Source: a virus
Strand: one strand, 5' to 3'
Virus record (IMG/VR): IMGVR_UViG_3300042546_000155
DNA length: 64,000 nucleotides
Below, piece by piece: positions 33,290-42,830 of the stretch. The notes beneath the pieces are model-generated. The model ran no database searches and was not told where the DNA came from. It worked only from the letters and a program-made list of their open reading frames with translations. Numbering within the stretch: position 1 is the stretch's first letter; every line of letters begins with the position of its first letter. Made by a program: the position numbers and the translations under genes.

Positions 33290-34665
33290 ACTTTCAATCC
33301 TTTGAACTTGTTCTGTTTGTCATAAGCGGGCTTCGGTGTTGGCACATATTCTTCCTGTCCAGAATCAGACAAGTCTTGTGCCGACTGTTCTACATCATAC
33401 AGCTTCATCTTCGCTCTGTCAACCCCAATAACAAATCTTTTATTCATTGCAGGATCGGCATAACGGTTCTTCAACTGCTTTACCATAAGCTGGTTAAGTT
33501 GCTGCAACTGTTCTGAGGCAACAAGTGCCACGAAGAAATCTGCCGTTGCAGGCAAGCCGAAAGATTCAGAGGTATCTTCCATGCCAGGATCAGAACTGGA
33601 ATATCCGCTTCTGGTTAACTGTGTGGCAGACCAGATTGGCACATTCTGTTCTACGGCGAGACCTCGTAACTCCTCGGCAATTGCTTTAACATAGGTATAA
33701 GAATTAACACCATTACCAGGCTTGATACGGGATGACGCACAAATATTGAGATAGTCGACCATGATAACATCAGGCACGAATCCTTTCTTTAGGTTAAGTT
33801 CGTTCAACAAAGACCTAAAGTGAATAGTCGATGCCGTTGCTGTGGCATACTCTTTGATAATGAGTTTGCCGTTTGTCTTCTGTTTTAGATTGTTCACTCT
33901 CTTGTCATAAAGATCCTTAGGAAGTTCCATTAGATCATCAAATGTAATATTCATAAGGTTGGCGTCGATACGCTTTGCAACTTCCTCTTCGGCAAGTTCT
34001 AGGGTAATGTATAGAACATTCTTACCCATAGCAAGATACGAGGCAGAGAAATGACAAAGGGTAAGAGACTTACCACCACCAACACCACCCATGACAACAT
34101 TGAGGGTCTTTCTAGGCACACCATTCTTTGTGATCTTGTTAAAGAAATCCAAGTCAAAGCTTAGGCGTTCTTCCACTCTATGATAGTGTTCGTAACGCTC
34201 ATCGGCTTGTTCTAGATAATCGTGACCAACATTCGGATCAAAAGATATACCCAAAGCATCAGACAGCAAAGAAGGTATAGCGCCCTTATCGAGTTTCCCC
34301 TTTCCATTCATAATCTCCAATGATGTTGTAATAGCATTATAGATGGCACGTTCCTGACAAAACTTTTCGGTGGAATCGGCTAGCCACTCTTGGTTTGTCT
34401 GTGTCTCATCTTCTTTTAACTCTTTCAGAGTATTCTGAATATTCTTAACCGTGTCATCAGTCGTGCCTCTGATATTGCTCACTTCGATATCGAGAGCATC
34501 AAATGTCGGCTGCTGATTATACTTCAAGATGAAGCCGGCCACTTCTTTGAAAAGTAGCCGGTCTTCTGAATTAGAAAAGTATTCTTCTTTTAGAAAGGGA
34601 AGAACTTTTCGTGTATAATCCTCATTCCTGATCAGGTTCTTTAGGATTGTCTGTTCTAGTCTCAC
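33286..34665 (-). CDS. 41: Replicative DNA helicase, T4 gp41-like
   Basis: Walker A GGVGGGKS, DYLNIC, AEELRGLA, SATQ, ESFGLPATAD, KQLKNRY; GTG start. Confidence 0.96.
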   Translation of the reverse strand: MRLEQTILKNLIRNEDYTRKVLPFLKEEYFSNSEDRLLFKEVAGFILKYNQQPTFDALDIEVSNIRGTTDDTVKNIQNTLKELKEDETQTNQEWLADSTEKFCQERAIYNAITTSLEIMNGKGKLDKGAIPSLLSDALGISFDPNVGHDYLEQADERYEHYHRVEERLSFDLDFFNKITKNGVPRKTLNVVMGGVGGGKSLTLCHFSASYLAMGKNVLYITLELAEEEVAKRIDANLMNITFDDLMELPKDLYDKRVNNLKQKTNGKLIIKEYATATASTIHFRSLLNELNLKKGFVPDVIMVDYLNICASSRIKPGNGVNSYTYVKAIAEELRGLAVEQNVPIWSATQLTRSGYSSSDPGMEDTSESFGLPATADFFVALVASEQLQQLNQLMVKQLKNRYADPAMNKRFVIGVDRAKMKLYDVEQSAQDLSDSGQEEYVPTPKPAYDKQNKFKGLKV

Positions 34666-34960
34666 TCGCACCTTCCACTTCTGATGCATCTAGCAATAGA
34701 GCATTTAAAATAAGACCAATAGTTGTGTTAAACTTTTGGTTCTTTCTTAGGGTCATCATAGACAAATCGTTTGTCTTGATAATCTCATAGTCAAACTGCA
34801 ACTTAGGGATATCATCCTCATCCAGTTTGAATCTTACAGTAGTATAACGATACACTACTCCAGTGAAAGGGTCAACAGTTAATTCAATAGGGCATGTTGA
34901 TCCGTCTTCTTTAGGATCAAACAAGTCATCCCTAAACTTATATTCATTCTCCAGTTCCAT
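34622..34960 (-). CDS. Protein in the T4 gp40 (head vertex chaperone) position
   Basis: Sits between uvsX and 41; similar size. Confidence 0.5.
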   Translation of the reverse strand: MELENEYKFRDDLFDPKEDGSTCPIELTVDPFTGVVYRYTTVRFKLDEDDIPKLQFDYEIIKTNDLSMMTLRKNQKFNTTIGLILNALLLDASEVEGASETRTDNPKEPDQE

Positions 34961-36011
34961 CCTCGACCTCCTCTACCTCATCGGCTTCATTATACTTACC
35001 ATATAGATACTCGGCTTGTGCGCCTTCATTGATAGCATCTAGGATTTCCTTGGTAAAGAACTTCTCAGGATTCTTTTTGATTTCCTTTTCGAATGCCTTA
35101 GCACCATTAGGGAACTCAAAACGAGTTGATACTTTCTTGACAATACCGTAACGCTCGGCCATGTCAAGTAATCCATAATATCTATCTAGACCTGACTGAT
35201 AGTTTAGCCAGGTTTCAACCTTCTTATCTTCTACAGTCATACGAGACTTTTTAAGGTGTGCTGTAATGACTGCACCAGTTCGACCATTATCGTCATCTAG
35301 TGTCTTGTCCTTCTTCTTAGAAAGAAAGATGATGGTTGAAGCCGCATACTCTAGACCAGAACCACCGCCCATCTTCTTAACAGGCACATATGAACCAACA
35401 ACATCGTAAACATGGTTAGTTACGATTAGAGGAACCTTAGCCTTGCCAAGTTTAAGAGTAAGAACACGGAAGGCACCACGCACCAACTGGGCTCGTGTCA
35501 TGTCTCGTGTATCTTTACCTTCGGCAATATCGTTCATTTCTTTATCAGTTGAAAGATTGCCGAGTGAATCGAGAACAAACACCATTGGTGGCTTGTCCTT
35601 ACCCTCTAGATACTTATCGAGGATCTTTACTGCCTGTGTGCGAAACTCTTGGACAGTAGCCACAGGAACAATGCCAACACGCCGTGCGTCAATGCCACGA
35701 TCAGTAATGAACTGCTTGGAGATAGCGGACTCTGACTCAAAGTAAAATACAAACCCATCAGGATGATCCTCTAGAAACTGCTTTACGATATTGAGAGCAT
35801 AGAAAGTTTTACCAACAGAAGGTTCACCGGCAAATGCTGTAACTTTATTCTGTGGAAGGCCACCATAGATTGTGCCTGATAGTAGGGCATTCATAGCATA
35901 GTTACCTGTGCCAATAAAACCGGACACATCACCTGCTGCCACACCATCATCGACAATAGTAGCGTATTCGTTGTCGGTCTCAGCCAACAACTGATTGAAA
36001 ATGTCTGACAT
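34944..36011 (-). CDS. uvsX: RecA-like recombinase UvsX
   Basis: GEPSVGKT, LDSLGNL, DMTRA, MGGGSG.EYAAS. Confidence 0.95.
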   Translation of the reverse strand: MSDIFNQLLAETDNEYATIVDDGVAAGDVSGFIGTGNYAMNALLSGTIYGGLPQNKVTAFAGEPSVGKTFYALNIVKQFLEDHPDGFVFYFESESAISKQFITDRGIDARRVGIVPVATVQEFRTQAVKILDKYLEGKDKPPMVFVLDSLGNLSTDKEMNDIAEGKDTRDMTRAQLVRGAFRVLTLKLGKAKVPLIVTNHVYDVVGSYVPVKKMGGGSGLEYAASTIIFLSKKKDKTLDDDNGRTGAVITAHLKKSRMTVEDKKVETWLNYQSGLDRYYGLLDMAERYGIVKKVSTRFEFPNGAKAFEKEIKKNPEKFFTKEILDAINEGAQAEYLYGKYNEADEVEEVEDGTGE

Positions 36012-36027
36012 AAGATTCTCCTTTTCG

Positions 36028-36564
36028 TCAGATGAATGATATTTCGGCTTTTCCTTGGTATTCTTTATCAAAGACAAACCAAGCGAAGGCAAGCATACCA
36101 CCTTTGTGGTTGCCAAAGCCTTGCCTTTCTGAAAACACATATACATTTCTTAACATGTTAAGAGAGAACAATTTATCACGCCTCTCCTTACCTTCTAGAA
36201 AGGTTAGTTTCTGAAAGATTGCTACCTTCTTTCTTGCACAATGCAATGAATGAATGGCAAACTTAGTGCCGATGTTAAAAGGGGGATTGGTGACGATGTT
36301 ATCGTGCAACTCCCAACTGTTAAGAAAGTCAAAGTGCTTGTCGCCATAACCACGATCTACAAGGTCAGTTGAGTAAACATCATAGCCTTGTAGCTTCAAT
36401 AGCTTTGAGATAGCACCATCACCACATGCGGGCTCCCAGACATTACCATCAAACTTCTCTCTTTCGAGCAAAGCCATAGTAGCATCTGAGGGTGTAGGAT
36501 AAAAGTCATCTTGGACACGGTTGTTGCCGTGCCCAATTAGACGATGTAAAGACTTTACACTCAC
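36028..36564 (-). CDS. Orphan amino-(N6A/N4C) DNA methyltransferase
   Basis: DFYPTP, WEPACGDG, TNPPF. Confidence 0.85.
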   Translation of the reverse strand: MSVKSLHRLIGHGNNRVQDDFYPTPSDATMALLEREKFDGNVWEPACGDGAISKLLKLQGYDVYSTDLVDRGYGDKHFDFLNSWELHDNIVTNPPFNIGTKFAIHSLHCARKKVAIFQKLTFLEGKERRDKLFSLNMLRNVYVFSERQGFGNHKGGMLAFAWFVFDKEYQGKAEISFI

Positions 36565-36746
36565 GCAACTTCCTTGAAATGCTGTTGCAGTTCAGGCGAT
36601 AGCTTACCATATAGGTCGCCAGGAATCCCGACTCGAATAACCTTTGCTAGTTCATTCACACTGTTTGCATCAACATGTCCTTTAGGCTCGAACTCATAGA
36701 TGCGAGCGGGTGAGTGTTTAAGGTTCTTATCTGTCTTCTTACTCAT
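36561..36746 (-). CDS. Hypothetical phage protein
   Basis: Coupled to the gp43 stop. Confidence 0.5.
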   Translation of the reverse strand: MSKKTDKNLKHSPARIYEFEPKGHVDANSVNELAKVIRVGIPGDLYGKLSPELQQHFKEVA

Positions 36747-39283
36747 GAGAAAAAGTCCTCCAGGCTTGCGCTTCGTTCTGCTTTCCATCCGATTGCTTCA
36801 AGAATGATCTTCAAGGCATCGAGGAAAGCTTTCTCGAATTGTGTATTATAGTCGATATACTTGTGTAAGTCAAGCTGCTCTGGTATACCTCCTTGTGGGA
36901 ATGCAATCACATTCGATTGAATGGTGTTCGGTTCTTTCAGGAAGATATACTTGATCTTCTCGCCGCCATTGATTACCGGATATTTAGCAGTAAGGTTATG
37001 CTTGCGTAGAAGATGGTTATATACAAGAGAGCCACGAACATGGATAGGGCAACCGGATGCATATACAGATTTACTATCTGCGTATTTAACGAGACCATTA
37101 ACTCCCCTAGGGAAAGCAATGTCCGCCAAATCCAGAGTTTTAAATTCACTACGGAAAGTCTCAATAAAAGACTGGACAGCCGCTTCATCTGCGGAAAAGA
37201 TAACATCAATTGCCTCTTTCAGTTTTTCTCTACATGCTGATGGTGTGGAACTCTTGACCATTTCAAGACCCATAACCTTCTTCTTAGGCTTAGCATACTG
37301 CACACCTTCGGAGTTATGGACATTGAGAATGTAACGCTTCTTGGCAGTCCAGATAGCCTTGTCGGCTAGGACCTCTCGCTTCATTACAATCTTTTGCTGG
37401 AATACGTTAGTATATTCACCAAGATCCTTACAAGCCTTATCAATAACCGGTTGAAGGGCAGTTTCACAGACCTTATCCATGAAGGCGATGCCTCTTGCAG
37501 CCTCAACTTCTTGCCCCAAAGTCTTGACGACAATCTGAGCAAGATTAAGATAGACTGAATCCGTATCGACTGCAATGACATAATCATCCCCTGTTTTTAG
37601 TATCTTTCGAAGATACTCGTTAAGTGCCTTTTCAATCCAGCGAATTGATAGCTGACCTGTAGTTGTGACTGCCACCGCATTGCGAAGATCATAGAACCTA
37701 AAGAACTTGGAACCCATGGCACCATAGAGTGAATTGAGCGATACCTTCTTGGAGAGTTGTAGGTTCTTGAACTTGGAAATCTTATTTTTAAGTTCTGCTT
37801 TCTTTTGGGGATCTTTTTCAACTTCGTATAGCGACTCAGCATCCAACATTTCTTTCTTATAGACCTTACGGTCATTGAACATCTTCTCAACCATTTCAGG
37901 CATGAAGCCCTGCTTATCACGGCGATAGAATTGTCCATTGGCTGTTAGACAAAGATTGTCATCCTTTAGAAGGGATAAGTCAATAGACCTAGTAAGGAGT
38001 TTATCCACAGTAATGTCGCCTGCGATAAGATTACGCATAGCAGGGGTGTAAAGACTAGGATCAACAATCGTCTCCGGCGAGATATTGGATCCCATAATGA
38101 CAGAAGGATACTCACTATTGACGTCGAAACTAGCAACCCAATCATGAAATCCAATAAGAGGGTCCTTAACATAGGCGCCAACATAAGCTGCTTCCTTTTC
38201 ATGTCTCTCAATAGGTGGAACAACGATGTTCTTACTCTTTAGATGATGGAAGCAAATGACATCCCACATTCTAACTTGAGCGAACACATCTTCAAAGTTA
38301 CACTTGTTATCATAAGATAGAGTTAGAGCAAGTTCAACGAACTTACCCTTGTCATCGATACGATCAACAAGTTCAACGTCTTTGATGTTATAGTCAATAA
38401 ACTTCTGATAATCCTCTTTGTAGAGGTTATGCAGAGAGCCATATTCTTCATACGATAGTTTACGCTCACCCAATTCGACATGGGCAATATTATCCAGTCG
38501 ATAGGACTCTTGCGAATACCCACCTGATGCATACTTCTTATACAATGTGATCATGTCAAGTGTAGCAATGCCGAGAATGGACCATCCTTTACCACGACGG
38601 CCCATTCCCAAATCGAGAACCTTATCTTGCAACACGCCCCAAGGAGAAAGCCTACGAGCAACCTTATCACCTTCTAGTTTGGTAATGCGGTTGACAAGAT
38701 AAGGAATATCGAACTGCTCAACGTTCCAGCCGGTGATGATATCTGGATACTCAGACTCCCACCACCCAAGGAACTTCATAATCAAATCATGCTCATCATA
38801 ACATTCAAAGTATGTTACATCGTCACGGCGGTTATCATATGTGTCCAATCCAAATGTGACAAAGCGACCGTCCATCTTGACCGTGATGGCGGTTAGAGGT
38901 TCACTAGCAGTTTCAGGCTCAGGAAAGCCGTTCTCTGATCCTACTTCGATATCGATGTTTGCCACTTTGATTAGAGAGATATCCCAATCGACGGTGCCGG
39001 GATACTCGTCCGCAATGAAACAATACTGGTAGCGTTGATTACCATAAATCTTAAAGTTCTCAACACCATCATATTGCTTCACGAAGTCACGAGTATCACG
39101 GATCGATCCAGGCTTAACTGGACCGACATAATCTCCGTAGATTGTCGTGTATTTGGTTGGCTTGTCAGAAGGCACAAAAAGAGTCGGGTAGTAATCGACC
39201 TTATGTCGAACCCGACGACCGTTCTCAACACCACGGTAAAGAATTTTACCGCCCCATACTTCAACGTTTGTGTAAAATTTCAT
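36743..39283 (-). CDS. 43: Family B DNA polymerase, T4 gp43-like
   Basis: DIEV exo I, FDVNSEYPS, KVSLNSLYG, DTDS, KKRY, C-terminal clamp motif SLEDFF. Confidence 0.97.
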   Translation of the reverse strand: MKFYTNVEVWGGKILYRGVENGRRVRHKVDYYPTLFVPSDKPTKYTTIYGDYVGPVKPGSIRDTRDFVKQYDGVENFKIYGNQRYQYCFIADEYPGTVDWDISLIKVANIDIEVGSENGFPEPETASEPLTAITVKMDGRFVTFGLDTYDNRRDDVTYFECYDEHDLIMKFLGWWESEYPDIITGWNVEQFDIPYLVNRITKLEGDKVARRLSPWGVLQDKVLDLGMGRRGKGWSILGIATLDMITLYKKYASGGYSQESYRLDNIAHVELGERKLSYEEYGSLHNLYKEDYQKFIDYNIKDVELVDRIDDKGKFVELALTLSYDNKCNFEDVFAQVRMWDVICFHHLKSKNIVVPPIERHEKEAAYVGAYVKDPLIGFHDWVASFDVNSEYPSVIMGSNISPETIVDPSLYTPAMRNLIAGDITVDKLLTRSIDLSLLKDDNLCLTANGQFYRRDKQGFMPEMVEKMFNDRKVYKKEMLDAESLYEVEKDPQKKAELKNKISKFKNLQLSKKVSLNSLYGAMGSKFFRFYDLRNAVAVTTTGQLSIRWIEKALNEYLRKILKTGDDYVIAVDTDSVYLNLAQIVVKTLGQEVEAARGIAFMDKVCETALQPVIDKACKDLGEYTNVFQQKIVMKREVLADKAIWTAKKRYILNVHNSEGVQYAKPKKKVMGLEMVKSSTPSACREKLKEAIDVIFSADEAAVQSFIETFRSEFKTLDLADIAFPRGVNGLVKYADSKSVYASGCPIHVRGSLVYNHLLRKHNLTAKYPVINGGEKIKYIFLKEPNTIQSNVIAFPQGGIPEQLDLHKYIDYNTQFEKAFLDALKIILEAIGWKAERSASLEDFFS

Positions 39284-39591
39284 TCTGGATAGATGATCTG
39301 TGGTTCGTTGATGATTAGTCCAGAGAAGCATTCGGTATGCGATTCAATGAACTGCTTAATTGGATTAGCCATGAATAGAACAAGGTTCTTATTTAGAACG
39401 AACTCCTTGTCCTGACTCCAATGTGTGAATGGAGAAAGAGCAACACCCGGACGGTTCTTATCCTTCTCATAAGGAATGACCATGATGCGGGCAGCATCCT
39501 TAATCTTGATTTCTGTGTCGGTGACTTCCACCACCTCTGCAACAACATCTTCGCCTGTGTATAGACGGATAACTTTCAAATTCTTTGCCAT
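39280..39591 (-). CDS. Conserved T4-like small protein (Sm-like)
   Basis: IRLxTGEDVVA...SGLI pattern. Confidence 0.6.
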   Translation of the reverse strand: MAKNLKVIRLYTGEDVVAEVVEVTDTEIKIKDAARIMVIPYEKDKNRPGVALSPFTHWSQDKEFVLNKNLVLFMANPIKQFIESHTECFSGLIINEPQIIYPE

Positions 39592-39803
39592 TAGTCTGCA
39601 ATCTCCATTAGATAGTCGTAAACACCGACTGTTACCCACTTCTCTGGAATTAGAGTAGTGCGGTTGCCATTCTCATTCACGAATGAATAAGAGTTATCAA
39701 GATCCATAATCTTGACGATTCGTTCCCACTTGCCATCAAAGGCTCGCTGCTTAAAAGAGGTTTCTAGAACCTGCATGTTCTTCTCACTGGTCACCATTTT
39801 CAT
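39591..39803 (-). CDS. Hypothetical phage protein
   Basis: ORF in run. Confidence 0.55.
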   Translation of the reverse strand: MKMVTSEKNMQVLETSFKQRAFDGKWERIVKIMDLDNSYSFVNENGNRTTLIPEKWVTVGVYDYLMEIAD

Positions 39804-39969
39804 TCTCCTTATTATGATTGTGTAGTGCTACCTCAACATCAACTCGTAGTTCCCAGAGGCGTCTTAGCAACTCTCTCTTGTATGCCGACTCAGGCATCAC
39901 CAGAAGACCGAGGTTGATTAGATTTCTTGAGATATAGTAGCGGAAGATAAACCAATTATGTTTCATATC

Positions 39970-40596
39970 TTAATCCCAAAGGTTTTGATAATACTTGCCG
40001 AACAGGCGAGTCCCGTTATGAATGCGTTCATTATAGCGTTTTAGACCCTCCATGTCAACCCAATAGTCAGGATTTGTTTGCTCTAGACGATAACACTTAC
40101 CGTATTCTTCGTCTTCTTCGTCAATGTGATTAAAGGTTGGTATTCCGTGATAGAACTGTTCTTCCCACTTACGATCAGGATCGGCAAGTTGCTCAAATGC
40201 CCAAATCATTTCATTGAGAACCCAGTCCCACTTGTAATGAACCCAGTTATCAGCACCCCATGGATTGTCAGGTGTGATATTGGTGTGGCGCATATGAGGC
40301 GGTACATCCTCCTCATCAACCATAGGAGAACCGTGCTTGGTATCTCTTAGTTGTTTGAGCATAGGAAGAATGATTGGTGATAGTGTGGTGTCCATGTTCC
40401 ATGTATCATACTTATCAATGCGAACATAGAACTTACGCTGTCTCTTAGAATCAACCCACTGTAAGAACTTCTGAACCCATGTTTCAGAAAGCCAATCACC
40501 AAACTTTTCACGGGCATCTTCACTGAGGAATGGAATCTTATCGGCAATCTGATAAGGACCAATCCAGTTCTTATATGGGCCAATATTAACCTTCAT
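39970..40596 (-). CDS. Conserved phage hypothetical protein
   Basis: DxWNMDxTLxxIILPML...WxxxLxEMIWAF...GxxLFGKYYxNLWD. Confidence 0.75.
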   Translation of the reverse strand: MKVNIGPYKNWIGPYQIADKIPFLSEDAREKFGDWLSETWVQKFLQWVDSKRQRKFYVRIDKYDTWNMDTTLSPIILPMLKQLRDTKHGSPMVDEEDVPPHMRHTNITPDNPWGADNWVHYKWDWVLNEMIWAFEQLADPDRKWEEQFYHGIPTFNHIDEEDEEYGKCYRLEQTNPDYWVDMEGLKRYNERIHNGTRLFGKYYQNLWD

Positions 40597-40843
40597 TCTT
40601 ATGTCTCTCTTTCATCTTACGAAACAGTCCGATAGGACCCTTTTCATCTTCGCTCATGGTCATCGCTTCACGAACTTCTAGAATAGGATCAATGCTTGTT
40701 TGAATTTCAATTAGATAATTCAAAAAGGAATAACCATGCTCTGATAGATCAAGAACCTCTAGAACGGTTCCCTTTGATAGCTTACCGGGTGTAGAACCAA
40801 CATGGATCCATACATCATCACCCTTCTCATACTTTGTCTTCAT
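40586..40843 (-). CDS. Hypothetical phage protein
   Basis: Start MKTKYEKGD after AGGA. Confidence 0.5.
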   Translation of the reverse strand: MKTKYEKGDDVWIHVGSTPGKLSKGTVLEVLDLSEHGYSFLNYLIEIQTSIDPILEVREAMTMSEDEKGPIGLFRKMKERHKNEG

Positions 40844-41059
40844 AATGTTTCCTAATTTCTTCTTTGATGTTACGAACACAGGTAGCACATTCAATTGAAC
40901 ATCTATGCTTTTCCATGATTTCTTGAACGGTAGGTATTCTTGGGCTGCTTTCAACGACTCGTTTGATATCGCTGGAAGATATAGCGTTACAGGAACATAA
41001 GATCATCTTTACCTCTCATAATACTATATATTATAGCAGAATAGATTTCGGAGGTCAAC

Positions 41060-41443
41060 ATGCCCGCTTTACTTTTATCTTTCGTTTCCTCAGGTGCCTT
41101 GAAATGGGTTGCCATTCTAGTCCTAGTTTTTGGGATCATTGGTGGTGCCTATTCTCAACATCGCAAGATTGTAGATTCCGAGGTACAGGCAGCACTCCAG
41201 CAATATAACATAAATGAACTTCAACAAGCATTGAAGGACAAAGATACATACATCAAACAGATGGAAGATATCAGCAAGAGCAAGAGTGAGATTGTGGCAA
41301 ACCTCTATATCGAGAAAGATAAACTGGAAGAGAAGTTAAGTTCGATCATGTCAAACATTGATAAGAACACTGGCACAGAACATGACAGACAATCCTCTAA
41401 AGTTCTAAAAGACACATTTAAGTCTCTCGGAGAAATGAAATGA
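41060..41443 (+). CDS. Inner-membrane spanin (Rz-like)
   Basis: N-terminal TM plus coiled coil, overlapping a lipoprotein gene. Confidence 0.75.
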   Translation: MPALLLSFVSSGALKWVAILVLVFGIIGGAYSQHRKIVDSEVQAALQQYNINELQQALKDKDTYIKQMEDISKSKSEIVANLYIEKDKLEEKLSSIMSNIDKNTGTEHDRQSSKVLKDTFKSLGEMK

Positions 41444-41721
41444 AAAAAGTTATTCTATTGTTAGCCGTAATGTTACTGGCTTCTTGTAATGATCAACAAC
41501 AGATTGTGACGACATATCGTCATATGGTTGTGCATCCTGACGAGGCAATGTATCACTGTCCCGTTCTAAAAGAGTTTCCTGATTGGAAGACTCTGACTGA
41601 CAGTCAGGTGGCGAAGACTGTTGTTCGTCTTCATAAGAACAATTTGACATGCAAAAGTTCCATTGAATCTATCCGCAAGTTTCTAAATGATGCGGATGCA
41701 AGGTTGAAAAAGGGGAGCTAA
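41440..41721 (+). CDS. Outer-membrane spanin lipoprotein (Rz1-like)
   Basis: Lipobox LLASC, two further Cys, Pro-containing. Confidence 0.78.
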   Translation: MKKVILLLAVMLLASCNDQQQIVTTYRHMVVHPDEAMYHCPVLKEFPDWKTLTDSQVAKTVVRLHKNNLTCKSSIESIRKFLNDADARLKKGS

Positions 41722-41731
41722 ATGCTCCCCT
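41707..41731. terminator. Terminator hairpin between convergent genes
   Basis: AAAAA-GGGGAGC-taaat-GCTCCCC. Confidence 0.7.
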
Positions 41732-41736
41732 AAATC

Positions 41737-41973
41737 TTATTGCTTTGGTGGCTCTGTCATTAGAGCAGCATGAACCGTTGTAATCTGGGTGATAAATCTC
41801 ATGATAATCATGATAACACCACTTACGGCGGTTGCTGCCGGAACTACCATATTATCTGGTACTCCCCATCCTAGAAGCAAAGCATTCCAATCAACCATTC
41901 CGAGCTTTTCAGTAGCCCATGGAAGAACTGAAACAACTAGAGCCATAAGATATGTCTTGTATGGAAACATCAT
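41737..41973 (-). CDS. Small two-TM protein, holin candidate
   Basis: Two TM segments, next to spanins, CTAAATA and hairpin upstream, adjacent Met-Met start. Confidence 0.5.
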   Translation of the reverse strand: MMFPYKTYLMALVVSVLPWATEKLGMVDWNALLLGWGVPDNMVVPAATAVSGVIMIIMRFITQITTVHAALMTEPPKQ

Positions 41974-42027
41974 ATTCTCCAATAGTAGTGTCCGTAATTG
42001 GACACCACTATTTAGTTTTCCGATGCT

Positions 42028-42264
42028 TTACTGAATCTGATAGATTGCAGTTCCACAAGATGGCTTGATTACAGGAGAGCGTTCCCAAGGACGAAGCCAG
42101 CCATAGTGCCAAGTTCCCTGAACACAATACATACCACGATGCACTGGAACAGACCAATCACCAGCGAATGGTGGATCCTGCACAGGGTTATAATATGTGC
42201 CATAAGGTGCAGCGAAAGCAGAAGTGCTAACGAGCATAGCCAGAACGACTAGGGCCTTTCTCAT
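42028..42264 (-). CDS. Small exported protein
   Basis: Signal peptide ending AFA, two Cys. Confidence 0.6.
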   Translation of the reverse strand: MRKALVVLAMLVSTSAFAAPYGTYYNPVQDPPFAGDWSVPVHRGMYCVQGTWHYGWLRPWERSPVIKPSCGTAIYQIQ

Positions 42265-42551
42265 AGACCTAGAAATCCTAGGCCTAGAAGACCACGCTTC
42301 TTACCTGAAGGAGCGATATCAATCTCAATGTCACCGTCATCATTATCGACAACGACATTTGCGCCCGGAGGAGCAGTCACAACCATACCGTGCGGAGTAA
42401 CCTGAGCGGCTGGAGCTAGAAAGCCCTTGCTCTTAGTTGGACCAGGAACAGCGGCAGTGACGCCATTGTGAGTCTCGTCCTGTGTAGTTAGAGCAAGTGC
42501 TGAGCCGGTTAGACCGAGGACGATAACAGTTGCCATATAAAACTTATTCAT
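42261..42551 (-). CDS. Small exported protein
   Basis: Signal peptide ending ALA; C-terminal GLLGLGFLGL. Confidence 0.6.
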   Translation of the reverse strand: MNKFYMATVIVLGLTGSALALTTQDETHNGVTAAVPGPTKSKGFLAPAAQVTPHGMVVTAPPGANVVVDNDDGDIEIDIAPSGKKRGLLGLGFLGL

Positions 42552-42567
42552 TATGCATTCACCTTTC

Positions 42568-42801
42568 TTATGCTAAACCCGTACCATCATGTTCGGGGGT
42601 TTCTACCGGCGCCAATTTGACTGGCGCCGTATTCGTAAAATTCTCTGGATGCTTTAAGACTTCCGCTAGAAAGTTAACAAAGTCCAATAGATGTTCCTTG
42701 TTATAGTTAGCGCCAATCTTACCCTCTTCCCTGATATAGGAAGAGATAAGGCAATAGGCTTCGGTTACAGCGGAATGACTTACTTTATCTCCTACAATCA
42801 T
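42568..42801 (-). CDS. Hypothetical phage protein
   Basis: ORF with RBS GGGAG. Confidence 0.55.
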   Translation of the reverse strand: MIVGDKVSHSAVTEAYCLISSYIREEGKIGANYNKEHLLDFVNFLAEVLKHPENFTNTAPVKLAPVETPEHDGTGLA

Positions 42802-42830
42802 TTGTTTCTCCCTTAAAAGGTATATCTTAT

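Noticed and set aside
1-39283. Introns or inteins in nrdJ, thyX, primase, helicase, uvsX or gp43
   Set aside because: The visible frames are continuous and of ordinary length.
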